Assembly (NCBI RefSeq): GCF_963921235.1
Contig: NC_086097.1
Location: 105,278,001-105,342,000 of the forward strand
Reading direction: 5' to 3'
DNA: 64,000 nucleotides
DNA from: Mobula hypostoma
Taxonomy: Eukaryota
The position numbers were made by a program, and so were the translations under genes. The notes beneath the pieces were generated by a model. That model was given only the letters and a program-made list of their open reading frames with translations. It did no database searches and had not been told where the DNA came from. Positions 13,168-25,700 of the stretch are shown piece after piece. Position 1 is the stretch's first letter; every line of letters starts with the position of its first letter.

Positions 13168-13818
13168 TGATAAAGTTTAAGGAAAAGGGGATTCTCAGAT
13201 CCCTGTAAACAATGGATTCAGTGCTATGTCTGTGACTGCAGTGTGTTTGAATAATGTCTCACAGCTGCTTTCTTTGGAGAAGATAAGGGTTAAAGTTCAC
13301 CCAGATCCACATCCGATGTCTCTGGGTTTTTCACACCTTTTGAATTTGACAAAAAGCAGTACCTGATGGAAATTGGACAGAACATTCCTTTCTTAATTAA
13401 AGCATAAATTTGACAGATGTTCTTATCTTTGTAATGAAGCTGTGGCTCCAGCAAACCAGGTAGGACATTCCTTTCTTTAATTAAGGTGGCTGGAGTGTCT
13501 AACAAATTGATTGTACTTTTGTATCAATAGTCCATTGACTTGACCAGAATAGTTATCAAACTGATTGTTCTCTGTATCAATAGTCCATTGACTTGGCCGG
13601 AATGGTTATCAGCTGATTGTTCTTTTGTATCGGTGGCCTTATAACTTCTGACAATTCTGACATCAGGCAGTGAACTTGTAGAACCGCCGGGGACATGAGA
13701 TTGGTTCTCTCCCTGATGTCAGGTCCAAGTTCACTCGCCAGCTGAGCTCGAAGAAATAAACGGGTGGAAAGATAAGTAACGATCTTTTTGTGCTGTTGTT
13801 ATTTGATCTAGCAAAGTT

Positions 13819-16233
13819 AGAAACCATAAGACAAAGGAGCAGAAGTAGGCCATTCGGCCCATCGAGTCTGCTCCGCCATTTTATCATGAGCTGATCTATT
13901 TTATCCTATTTAGTCCCACTGCCCCGCCTTCTCACCATAACCTTTGATGCCCTGGCTACTCAGATACCTATCAATCTCTGCCTTAAATACACCCAATGAC
14001 TTGGCCTCCACTGCTGCCCGTGGCAACAAATTCCATAGATTCACCACCCTCTGACTAAAAAAATTTTTTCACATTTCTGTTCTGAAAGGGCGCCCTTCAA
14101 TCCTGAAGTCATGCCCTCTCGTACTAGACTCCCCCATCATGGGAAACAACTTTGCCACATCCACTCTGTCCATGCCTTTTAACATTCGAAATGTTTCTAT
14201 GAGGTCTCCCCTCATTCTTCTAAACTCCAAGGAATACAGTCCAAGAGCAGACAAACATTCCTCATATGTTAGCCCTCTCATTCCCGGATTCATTCTAGTG
14301 AATCTTCTCTGTACCCTCTCCAACGTCAGCACATCCTTTCTTAAATAAGGAGACCAAAACTGCCCACAGTACTCCAAGTGAGGTCTCACCAGTGCCTTAT
14401 AGAGCCTCAACATCACATTCCTGCTCCTATACTCTATTCCTCTAGAAATGAATGCCAACATTGCATTCGCCTTCTTCACTACCGACTCAACCTGGAGGTT
14501 AACTTTAAGGGAATCCTGTACGAGGACTCCCAAGTCCCGTTGCATCTCAGAACTTTGAATTCTTTCCCCATTTAAATAATAGTCTGCCCGTTTATTTTTT
14601 CTGCCAAAGTGCATAACCATACACTTTCCAACATTGTACTTAATTTGCTACTTCTCTGCCCATTCTTCCAATCTATCAAAGTCTCTCTGCAGACTCTCCG
14701 TTTCCTCAGCACTACCGGCCTCTCCACCTATCTTCATATCGTCAGCAAACTTAGCCACAAAGCCATCTATTCCATAATCCAAATCGTTGATGTACAATGT
14801 AAAAAGAAGCGGCCCCAACACTGATCCCTGTGGAACACCACTGGTAACCGGCAGCCAACCAGAATAGGATCCCTTTATTCCCACTCTCTGTTTCCTGCCA
14901 ATCAGCCAACACTCTATCCACATATGTAACTTTCCTGTAATTCCATGGGCTCTTATCTTGTTAAGCAGCCTCATGTTTGGCACCTTGTCAAAGGCCTTCT
15001 GAAAATCCAAATATACAACATCCACTGCATCTCCCTTGTCTAGCCTACTGGTAATTTCCTCAAAAAATTGTAATAGGTTTGTCAGGCAGGACTTTCCTTT
15101 AAGGAATCCATGCTGAGTTCTGCCTATCTTGTCACATGCCTCCAGGTACTCTGTAACCTCATCCTTGACAATCGACTCCAACAACTTCCCAATCACCAAC
15201 GTCAAGCTAACAGGTCTATAATTTCCTTTTTGCTTCCTTGCCCCCTTCTTAAATAGCGGAGTGACATTTGCAATCTTCCAGTCTTCCGGAACCATGCCAG
15301 AATCTATCGACTTTTGAAAGATCATCGCTAATGCCTCCGCAATCTCCACAGCTACTTCCTTCAGAACACGAGGGTGCATTCCATCTGGTCCAGGAGATTT
15401 ATCGACCTTTAGCCTATTCAGCTTCCTGAGTACTTTCTCTGTCGTAATTGTGACTGCGCACACTTCTCTTCCCTGTCACCCTTGAGTGTCCGGTATCCTG
15501 CTGTCTTCCTCAGTGAAGACTGAAGCAAAATACTTGTTCAGTTCCTCTGCCATCTCCTCATCTCCCATTACAATTTCTCCAGTATCATTTTCTATCGGTC
15601 CTATATCTACTCTTATCTGTCTTTTACTCTTTATATACTTGAAAAAGCTTTTAGTATCCTCTTTGATATTATTTGCTAGTTTTTCATAGTTTCATAGTTA
15701 ATCTTTTCTCTCTTAATGACCTTCTTGGTTTCCTTTTGTAAGGTTTTAAAGACTTCCCAATCCTCTGTCTTCCCACTAATTTTTGCTTCCTTGTATGCCC
15801 TCTCCTTAGCTTTAACTTTGGCTTTGACTTCTCTTGTCAACCACGGTTGCATCCTTTTTCCACTCGAAAATTTCTTCTTTTTTGGAATATACCTGTCTTG
15901 CACATTCCTCATTTCTCACATAAACTCCAGCCACTGCTGCTGTGCCGTCTTTCCCGCCAGTGTCTCTTTCCAGTCAACTTTGGCCAGTTCCTCTCTCATG
16001 CCACTGTAGTTTCCTTTACTCCACTGAAACACTGACACATCAGATTTCGGCTTCCCTTTTTCTAATTTCACAGTGAACTCAATTATGTTATGATCACTGC
16101 CTCCTAAGGGTTCCTTCACCTCAATCTCTCCAATCACCTCCGGTTCATTACACAATACCCAATCCAGTACAGCCGATCCCCTAGTGGGCTCAACAACAAG
16201 CTGTTCTAAAAAGCCATCTCGCAGACATTCTAC
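13819..16233 (-). mobile_element. CR1 LINE (EN end and RT, frameshifted)
   Basis: ORFs 14069-14620, 14648-15463, 15916-16320 with SDHN, KSPGPDG, GVPQGSVLGP, KFADD. Confidence 0.95.
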
Positions 16234-16390
16234 AAACCATAGAAAATTACAGCACAGGAACAGGCCTTTTGGCCCTTCTTGGCTGTGCCGAACCATTTTC
16301 TGCCTAGTCCCACTGACCATATCCCTTCATACACCTCCCATCCATGTATCTGTCCAATTTATCCTTAAATGTTAAAAAAAGAACCCGCAT
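16234..16390 (-). mobile_element. Short CR1 3' end (same subfamily as 53636-55412)
   Basis: Near-identical to ~53640-53805 apart from an internal deletion. Confidence 0.8.
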
Positions 16391-18885
16391 ACGTTTACAT
16401 TTGGTACCATGACTCGGATCCCAACATAGGGGACGTCTCTCTGGGCTGAGTAAGTGACAGGGGGCTTGAATTGAACACAATGAGTAGCAGGTGCCCCGAG
16501 GTAGTTTACCTCTGGCTACTCCTTGTGTCTGATCGAGCATTTTTGCCCCTCGCCCATTGGGACTGGTACCTTGACGGGATTGGACGACCCGTTTGGATAC
16601 AGGATTTTAGGTAAGCAGTTGGCTCTTTTACATTGTTGCGGGTGACAGGATATGGCCGGTTGAAATTTGATGATTCGGAAAATGCGCAGCGCATGTCTCA
16701 CGATATGGCCGGCTGAAATTTGTAATTAATACAAGACTGGCAGCACGGTAAAATTCTCATCTTGGCAGCAGAAATATGGCCGGTTGAAATTTAATGAGAC
16801 AAGTTCAGGATAAAGGAAGAAAGGCCTCCAGAGTACCTGAGAGTTGCTTATTTTTTTGCGAGTATTAACGGAAAATAGGCTAGCAGTTTTTGTGAGAATT
16901 AAAGGCTGCAGGAGACATTGGGTATTCTGTATTGTTCCTAAGGAAAGAATCGGGACTGGGGACGCCGGTCAGGAGAGGTGGCCACCGCTACCTGATGGAT
17001 TTGACCATATCAGCTGCCTCCTGATAATATGGCCGGTTGAAATTGATTAAGGGAGAGGCAGGCTGGCTAAATTTCTCACCCAGTGGCTTGTGCCTAGACC
17101 CTTGTGTTGTGTATTTCGTGTCTATAAGCTGCTCGTATCCTTGGCTTGTCTATGTTTCGTGCATTTGTGATTTTGGCTACTTGCTTTACTTTATATAGCA
17201 CTTTGGTCAACGTGGTTGTTTTTAAATGTGCTATATACTTGACTTGACTTGATAATTAAGAACAACTGATAAAGGCAATAATGGGACAGGCTCTTGATAC
17301 AGCTATGTGTGAATGAATACCGGATAAGAAAAGGACCTCCGGATGTTAAGTGCAGAGCTAACAAAGAAACTAGGGAAACAGTGTGGCCACCAGAGACAAG
17401 CAGTAAATTTAATTTGGGAAAAGAATTGTGGTAAAAAGTGGAAATTATTGATTAAAGAATGGAAAAGTAGAGCCTACACAAAATGGAATGGTACCTTACT
17501 GGCCAGCTGGAGGAATAATGCATGTGATAAGGAGATAGAGGTATGTATGGCAGAAGGGACTCCCAAGAGTTGGGAGACACTGCAGGCAGAGTGGAATGCT
17601 AATAGGTAGAAGGGAGAAGAAAGAGAGAACGAGAAACAAAGAAAACAGGCAAAAGCAGATATGGACAGACAGGAAGGTTTAAAATCGGCAGTGCCGCATG
17701 TGAAGATCTAAGGCTAATACGGGATCCTGAACCTGTATCAGGCATACTGACCCTGTTTAAGGACAGTGACTGCAATGAGGATTGGGCACCCACCTTATCC
17801 CCCACCTTACCAGAGGCCGAGTGCACCCAGTGTTTCCAAACTCCAATCCCAGTACTCAGATACGGTTGCCGCTCGGCAGGGAAGGGAAGGCTCCCTATAC
17901 CCATCCATGTACCTATCCAACTTCTCTTAAACATTGCAATTGAACTCACATGCACCACTTGCACTGGCAACTCACTCCACACTCTCAAACACTCTGAGTG
18001 AAGAAGTTCCCCTTAACTCTTTCAACTTTCACCCTAAATCCATGACCTTTGGGTGTAGTCCCACCAAAACAACCCTATCTATAGTCCTTATAATTCTGTA
18101 TACCTCTATTCAGTCTTCTATGTTCCAAGGAATAAAGTCCTAACCTCTGCAATCTTTCCTCATAACTCAGGTCCTCCAATCCCGGGAACATCCCTACAAA
18201 TTTTCTCTCTGCTCTTTCACTCTTGTTTACTGTTTCCTGTAGGTAGGTGACCAAAACTGCACACAATACTCCAAAATAGGCCTCACCAACATCTTATACA
18301 ACTTCAACAGAACATCCAATCTCTTGTAATCAATACTTTGATTTATGAAGGTCAATGTGCCAAAAGCTTTCTTTAAGACCTCATCTACCTGTGCCAGCAC
18401 TTTCACTGAATTAGGGGCCCGTATTCCTGAATCCTTTGTTCTACCATACTCCTCAGTGCCCCGCCTTGGTCAGTCTGTGGAATTCTCTGCCACAGCAAAC
18501 TGTTGAGGCCAGTTCATTGGCTATGTTTAAGAGGGAGTTAGATACGGCCCTTGTGGCTACAGGGGTCAGGGGGTATGGAGGGAAGGCTGGGTTCTGAGTT
18601 GGATGATCAGCCATGATCATAATAAATGGCGGTGCAGGCTCAAAGGGCCGAATGGCCTACTCCTGCACCTATTTTCTATGTTTCTATGTTTCTTACCAAA
18701 GTGCAACACCTTGCACCTGTCTGCATTAAATTCCATCTGCCATTTTTCAGCCCATTTTTCCAGCTGGTCCCAATCCCAATGCAAGTGTTGATGGTCTTCC
18801 TCACTGTCCATTATACCCCAAATCTTAGTGTCATCTGCAAATTTGCTGATCAGTTAACCACATTATCATCCAGGTTATTGATATA

Positions 18886-21800
18886 CAGTGGCATGCAAAA
18901 GTTTGGGCACCCCTGGAAAAAATTTCTGTTACTGTGAATAGCTAAGTGAGTAAAAGATGACCTGATTTCCAAATGGCATGAAGTTAAAGATGACACATTT
19001 CTTTAATATTTTAAGCAAGATTACTTTTTTATTTCCATCTTTTACAGTTTCAAAATAACAAAAAAGGAAAAGAGCCCGAAGCAAAAGTTTGGGCACCCTG
19101 CATGGTCAGTACTTAGTAACACCCCCTTTGGCAAGTATCACAGCTTGTAAACGCTTTCTGTAGCCAGCTAAGAGTCTTTCAATTCTTGTTTGGGGGATTT
19201 TTGGCCATTCTTCCTTGCAAAAGCCTTCCAGTTCTGTGAGATTCTTGGGCCGTCTTGCATGCACCACTCTTTTGAGGTCTATCCACAGATTCTCGATGAT
19301 GTTTAGGTTGAGGGACTGTGGGGGCCATGGCAAAATCTTCAACTTGCGCCTCTTGAGGTAGTCCATTGTGGATTTTGAGGGGTGTTTAGAATCATTATCC
19401 TGTTGTCGAAGCCATCCTCTTTTTATCTTCAGCTTTTTTTTCTTAACAGACGGTGTGAAGTTTGCTTCCAGAATTTGCTGGTATTTAATTGAATTCATTC
19501 TTCCCTCTGCCAGTGAAATGTTCCCTGTGCCACCGGCTGCAAAACAAGCCCAAAGCATGATCGATCCACCCCCGTGCTTAACAGTTGGAGAGGTGTTCTT
19601 TTCATAAAACAGCACCCTTTTTTCTCCAAACATACCTTTAACAATCCCCCCTTGTTCAATCCCTTCCTATTTATATTCATGACACTTCTCACGCTTTTAA
19701 ACTTTTCGATGATTTTAAGTTCCCTAGCCCCCACCGCTTTATTTTCACCATGGCTGTCCAGTCCCTATATACTTCCATCCCCCATCAGGAAGGTCTCAAA
19801 GCTCTCCCACTTCTTTTTGGATTCCAGACCTAATCAGTTCCCCTCTACCACCACCCTGCTCCGTCTAGCGGAATTAGTCCTTACTCTTAATAATTTCTCC
19901 TTTGGCTCCTCCCACTTCCTCCAAACTAAAGGTGTAGCTATGGGCACCTGTATGGGTCCTAGCTATGCCTGCCTTTTTGTTGGCTTTGTGGAACAATCTA
20001 TGTTCCGTACCCATTCTGGTATCTGTCCCCCACTTTTCCTTCGCTACATTGACGACTGCATTGGTGATGCTTCCTGCACGCATGCTGAGCTCGTTGACTT
20101 TATTAACTTTGCCTCCAACTTCCACCCTGCCCTCAAGTTTACCTGGTGCATTTCTGACACCTCCCTCCCCTTTCTAGATCTTTCTGTCTCTATCTCTGGA
20201 GACAGCTTATCTACTGATGTCTACTATAAGCCTAGTGACTCTCACAGCTATCTGGACTATTCCTCTTCTCACCCTGTCTCTTGCAAAAATGCCATCCCCT
20301 TCTCGCAATTCCTCCGTCTCCGCCGCATCTGCTCTCAGGATGAAGCTTTTCATTCCAGGACGAGGGAGATGTCCTCCTTTTTAAGGAAAGGAGCTTCCCT
20401 TCCTCCACCATCAACTCTGCTCTCAAATGCATCTCCCCCATTTCACGCACATCTGCTCTCACTCCATCCTCCCACCATCCCACTAGGAATAGGGTTCCCC
20501 TGGTCCTCACCTACCACCCCACCAGCCTCCAGGTCCAACTCTCAATAATAATTCTCCGTAATTTCCGCCACCTCCAACGGGATTCCATCACTAAGCACAT
20601 CTTTCCCACACTCTCTGCTTTCCGCAGGGATCGCTCCCTATGCGACTCCCTTGTCCATTAGTTGCCCCCATCCCTCCCCACTGATCTCCCTCCTGGCACT
20701 TATCCGTGTAAGCGGAACAAGTGCTACACATGCCCTTACACTTCCTCCCTTACCACCATTCAGGGCCCCAGACAGTCCTTCCAGGTGAGGCGACACTTCA
20801 CCTGTGAGTCGGCTGGGGTAATATAATGCGTCCGGTGCTCCCGATGTGGCCTTCTATATATTGGCGAGACCCGACGCAGACTGGGGGACCGCTTTGCTGA
20901 ACACCTACGCTCTGTCCGCCAGAGAAAGCAGGATCTCCCAGTGGCCACACATTTTAATTCCACATCCCATTCCCATTCTGACATGTCTATCCACGGCCTC
21001 CTCTACCATAAAGATGAAGCCACACTCAGATTGGAGGAACAACACCTTCAATTCCGTCTGGGTAGCCTCGAACCTGATGGCATAAACATTGACTTCTCTA
21101 ACTTTCGCTAATGCCCCACCTCCCCCTCGTACCCCATCCGTTATTTATATACACACATTCTTTCTCTTACTCTCCTTTTTCTCCCTCTGACTATACCCCT
21201 TGCCCATCCTCTGGGTTCCCCCCCCCCGCCTTTCTCCCCGGGCCTCCTGTCCCATGAGCCTCTGATATCCCCTTTGCCAATCACTTGTCCAGCTCTTGGC
21301 TCCATCCCTCCCCCTCCTGTCTTCTCCTATCATTTTGGATCTCTCCCTCCCCCTCCCAAATCTCTTACTAACTCTTTCTTCAGTTAGTCCTGACCAAGGG
21401 TCTCGGCCTGAAACGTCGACTGTACCTCTTCCTAGAGATGCTGCCTGGCCTGCTGCGTTCACCAGCAACTTTGATGTATGTTGCCAAAGGTTTTCTTCTG
21501 ATGACTCTTCCATGAAGGTCATATTTTGTGCAGATGTCGCTACACAGTAGAACAGTGCACCACCATTCTAGAGTCTGCTAAATCTTCCTGAAGGTCTTTT
21601 GCAGTCAAACGGGGGTTTTGATTTGCCTTTCTTGCAATCCTACGAGCAGTTCTCTCAGAAAGTTTTCTTGGTCTTCCAGACCTCAATTTGACCTCCACCG
21701 TTCCTGTTAACTGCCATTTCTTAATTACATTACGAACTGAGGAAACAACGACCTGAAAACGCTTTGCTATCTTTTTACAGCCTTCTCCTGCTTTGTGGGC

Positions 21801-22227
21801 ATCATTTATTTTAACTTTTAGAGTGCTAGGCAGCTGCTTAGAGGAGCCCATGCTTGCTGGTTGTTGGGACAAGGTTTGAGGAGTCAGGGTATTTATAAAG
21901 CTTTGAAATTTGCATCACATGGCTTTTCCTAACGATGACTGTGAACAAGCCATAGCCCTAACAAGCTATTTAAAGTCTGAGACCTTGGTAAAAGTTATCG
22001 GAGAGCTCAAATCTCTTGGGGTGCCCAAACTTTTGCATGGTGCTCCTTTCCTTTTTTTTCCACTCTAAAATTGTACAAAACAAAAATAATACAATAATCT
22101 TGCTTAAAATGTTGAAAAGAATGTTTCATCTTTAACTTTATGACTTCTGGAGATCATCTCCTACTCACCCAACTATTCACAGTAACAGAAATTTTGACCG
22201 GGGTGCCCAAACTTTTGCATGCCACTG
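18886..22227 (-). mobile_element. Tc1 transposon, IR/DR type, with nested Penelope
   Basis: TA-CAGTGGCATGCAAAAGTTTGGGCACCC...GGGTGCCCAAACTTTTGCATGCCACTG-TA; inner repeat copies at ~19083 and ~22019; transposase pieces 21540-21872 (HTH, GRPRK) and 19106-19633 (KHGGGSIMLW, QQDND, WPPQSLNLNIIE). Confidence 0.93.
19730..21483 (+). mobile_element. Penelope-like retroelement (RT, GIY-YIG endonuclease, 3' hammerhead motif), frameshifted
   Basis: QTKGVAMG, LRYIDD, LPFLD, VYYKP RT motifs; FTCESAGVI-C..C...YIGETRR GIY-YIG; hammerhead-like motif 21385-21422 with CTGACCA variant. Confidence 0.9.
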
Positions 22228-25200
22228 TAGATGGCAAACTACGCCAGACCCAGCACTGATTCCTGCAGCATTCCACTAGTCACAGACCTCCAGTCAGAGA
22301 AGCAACCACCTACTACCACTCTCTGGCTTCTATCACAAAGCCAATGTCTAATCCAATTTACTGTCTTATCTTGAATGCTGAGCGACTGAACCTTCTTGAC
22401 CAACCTCCCATACAAGACCTTGTCAAATTTCTTGCTAAAGTCCTTGTGGACAACATCCACTGCCTTGCCATCATCAATATCCTGGAAACTTCCTCAAAAA
22501 ACTCTAAGATTGGTTAAACACAACCTACTACACACAATGCTTTGTGGTATATCAAAGACAGATGAAAATGTGGATGTGTGGATTAGTAAATTTGCAGATG
22601 ACACAAACAGTGGTGGAGTTGTGGACAATGTAGAAGACTACTAAAAGATTCAGCATAGTATAGGTAAGTTACACATATAGATGGAGAAATTGCAGGCAGA
22701 GTATCTAGGGAAGTGAGAGATCTTGTATTTTGGGGAAAAAATGCAGGGCCGGCGGGGGGGAGGGGGTGTAGTATACAATTAATGGCAGAACCCTTAATAA
22801 TATTTTTCGTCCCTCTTCCCTCCGGGAAAAGGCTCAGGAGCTTGAAGGCTCGTACAGCCAGATTTGGGAACAGCTTCTTTCCAACTGTGATAAGACTGCT
22901 CAACAGATCCTGACCCAGACAGATCTAGGCCGTACCCTCCAAATATCCGGACCTGCCTCTTGGTTTTTTTGCACTACCTTACTTTCTATTTATGATTTAT
23001 AATTTAAATTTTTAATATTTACTAATTCTTACTATTTTTAATATTTAATATTTGAAATCCAGGGAGTGGGAAGTGCAGAATCAAATATCGTTGTGATGAT
23101 TGTACGTTCTAGTACCAATTGTTTGGCAACAATAAAGTATAAAGTAATATTGATGCACAGAGGGATCTTGGGATGTAAATCCTTACCTCCCTGAATGTGG
23201 ACACTCCAAGTCAACAGTATGATAAAAGTAGCATATGGCACGCTTTGTTTAGGATAAGCATCGGCAAATTAGATTGCAGCAATATAAAAGTGGTTAGCTT
23301 GCACTTGGAGTATTGTGTGCAATTCTGGATGCTGCCTAAATTAGAGGATATGAGATACAAGGAGGATGGAGAAACATGGCTTGTGTTTTCTGAAGGGAGA
23401 CCTGATAGAAATTTATAAAAATATAAAAGGCATAGACGAATAGTCAGGATCTTTTTCCACTGAATGTAGAAGTGTGAAGTACTACAGGATGTACATACCA
23501 GGTGAGAGGGGAAAAGTTTAAAGGACTTGTGTGGGGTAAGTTTCTTCTTACATAGAACAGGCAGCTGAGGCAGTGATGGACACACACGAATATTCAGGGA
23601 ATGAAGAGTTAATTGACCAGAGAGGTTTAGTTTAATTTGACATCATGGGATGAAGGGCCTATTATTGTGCTATGTTCTTGGATATAAGGAACCCAGATGA
23701 GAGGAGTCTCAGAGCCAGTGCACAACATTCAAAAGGGGAGTATAAACAGCTAGACATTGTGGTCTACATTAGTACTAAAAAATGGATGAGAATCTCCTTT
23801 AGTACTGAAGAATTAGAGTACAGACTGAAACACAAAACCTCCAACACTGAAATGACTGGAGCATAGGAGACCAATGGGTGATCTTATAAAGGTATGTTTA
23901 TCATGAAGGCACAGAAAAAGTGGATGCACACAACTTTTTCCCCAGGAAAATAGAACCAAACACTACAGGGCATAAGTTTAACGCATGAGAGGAAAGATTT
24001 AAAAGGGACAAAAAGAACCAGATTTTCACAAATAGATTGTTATATACATGGAAGTGGAAGCTGCCAGAGAAAGTGGTTGAGACAGGAATAACAACATTCA
24101 AAAGACATTCAGACAGGTTTGGAGAGATATGAGCCAAACAAGGCAAGCAAAAATAGCTTATATGGGTATCTTAACTATCTTTATGTGAGGCATCACTCCA
24201 AGACAATGTTCAGAGATAAAGTATGATGATGGAGTGTTGTTTTTCTAATTGGACGCCTGTAACCAGTGGTGTACCAGAATAGTATTGGGATTCTTTCTGC
24301 CATATGTTTCGTTTTGGATAATGTGGGGGGGGGGTGTAATCTTAGGCTACAGAATGGTGTTCAAGAGAGAGCAAAGCATCGGCAGATGGACTGTAATCCT
24401 GATAAATATGAGATGCATTTTGGGAAGTCAGTTCGGTACAATGAAAGTACATCAAAAACAGTGCCTATGTTTAAAGTGATATTAAGAAGTTTTAAAGGAA
24501 ATCTAAGATCTGTCTTCTTTCCCCAAACAGAGTATTGAAATCTGGAAAGCCAGAAATAGTAGTGGGATCAGATGAAACTACAATAATTCAGTTTTGGACA
24601 GATACTTAATTAAGTAAAGGATAGGAGGAAATGGGCCTAATGTGGGCAAATAAAATTAGCGTAAGTGGTCAAAAGGTCAGTGTGGACATGGTGGCTGAAT
24701 AGCCTAGTTCTGTGATGTCTAACTCAAGACTTCAAGCTGCATTAGAACTTTCCCACTTTTTCATTCCCCAGTAGCCCTAAACCTTCATCACCTTCCCTTG
24801 AAAAGAGAATTTCAGTTTTGAGCAGAAACTATAAAAGCTGAGATGCCTGAATAACAGCAAAGGTTTATAAAATTACGAGGAAGTATAACAACAAAGGCCA
24901 CAGGAATCAGGTGAGGAAACAGAGTTCCAGAGGGAATCTGAGGAAGAGTTTCCCCCGCACACGCAGAGATAGATTTAAGTCTGCAACACACAGTCTGAGA
25001 AAATGGTGAAAGCAGAGACCACAACGTTTTAGTATCTGGATGGAGGCTTGAATTCCAAAATAAAGAGGGTTACAGGTCAAGTGGTATTAAATGGAATTGA
25101 TACAGATACTTTATGGTTAATATGGACAGGTGGGCCCAAGGGCCGCGTCCTATGCTGTATGATTCTATGACAACAACGTGTAATTTCCCAATAGCTGATC

Positions 25201-25506
25201 ACTGCTACAATCCCTGGATTACTGATTACGAACAAAAAGAGGGAATGGGGAGGTGGAAACGGGAGAAGGCGGGTTTGGGTCGAGGGCAAGAGGACAATGA
25301 GCATCGGGGGTGAGAAGGCGAGCTGTAATCAGACCCTGAGATGGGAGAGGGTGAAGGATGAGAGTGGTGGGTGGAGTTTGTGAGAAAGGAGGGAAAAGTA
25401 TGTGGGGAGAGATGGAGAGAATAGAATGGGGTGTGAAGAGGGAGCTGAAGGGAAAGTGAAGAAATAGAATAAGGAGAGGCAGGTCTGACCATCTACAACC
25501 ACTCAC

Positions 25507-25570
25507 CATGAACTGGCGGCCCCGCTCTCAAACGGCCAGCGCAATCATGTCGCCATCTCGCATGGAAACA
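25507..25570 (-). other. First exon of an unidentified minus-strand transcript divergent from SNAP23
   Basis: ATG|GTGAGT donor (intron begins at 25506) at the CpG-island edge, with a YY1-like GATGGCG motif; 5' boundary approximate. ZNF106 is head-to-head with SNAP23 in mammals, but no ZNF106 coding sequence is seen here. Confidence 0.5.
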
Positions 25571-25700
25571 AGGGTGGCAGCGACAGGTGACGTAATGGCG
25601 CAGGAGCGTACGTACCCTCTGGCGGATCTGACGTCACGAGATGCGGATGTGCATGCGCAATCGGAGTGTGAGCAGCCGGAGGAAGGCACCGCCGAGTGGT
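25510..25700. promoter_or_regulatory. CpG-island bidirectional promoter
   Basis: High CpG density; CRE TGACGTCA 25629-25636, ATF-like TGACGTAA 25588-25595, NRF1-like TGCATGCGCA 25650-25659, YY1-like CGCCATC 25551-25557; outward-facing GTGAGT donors on both strands. Confidence 0.85.
25640..25698 (+). other. SNAP23: SNAP23 non-coding exon 1 (start approximate)
   Basis: GAGTG|GTGAGT donor in the CpG island, upstream of the ATG-containing exon; matches the known SNAP23 layout with a non-coding first exon. Confidence 0.65.

Larger units (their letters stand above)
13168..17890 (+). mobile_element. Truncated endogenous retrovirus (5' LTR, tRNA-His PBS, leader, decayed gag start); LTR interrupted by CR1s
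   Basis: LTR-like block ~13168/13204-13818 with U3 direct repeats, TATA-like cttataa and AATAAA; LTR end GTTTACA (16393-16399), TT, then PBS TGGTACCATGACTCGGAT (16402-16419); splice donor AG|GTAAGC ~16610; ATG-GGA-CAG (MGQ) at 17281. Confidence 0.75.
17895..22530 (-). mobile_element. Degenerate CR1 hosting a Tc1 transposon
   Basis: CR1 motifs at 17895-18883 (WAEKWQMEFN) continue at 22230-22530 (DFSKKFDKV) after the TA-flanked Tc1. Confidence 0.75.
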
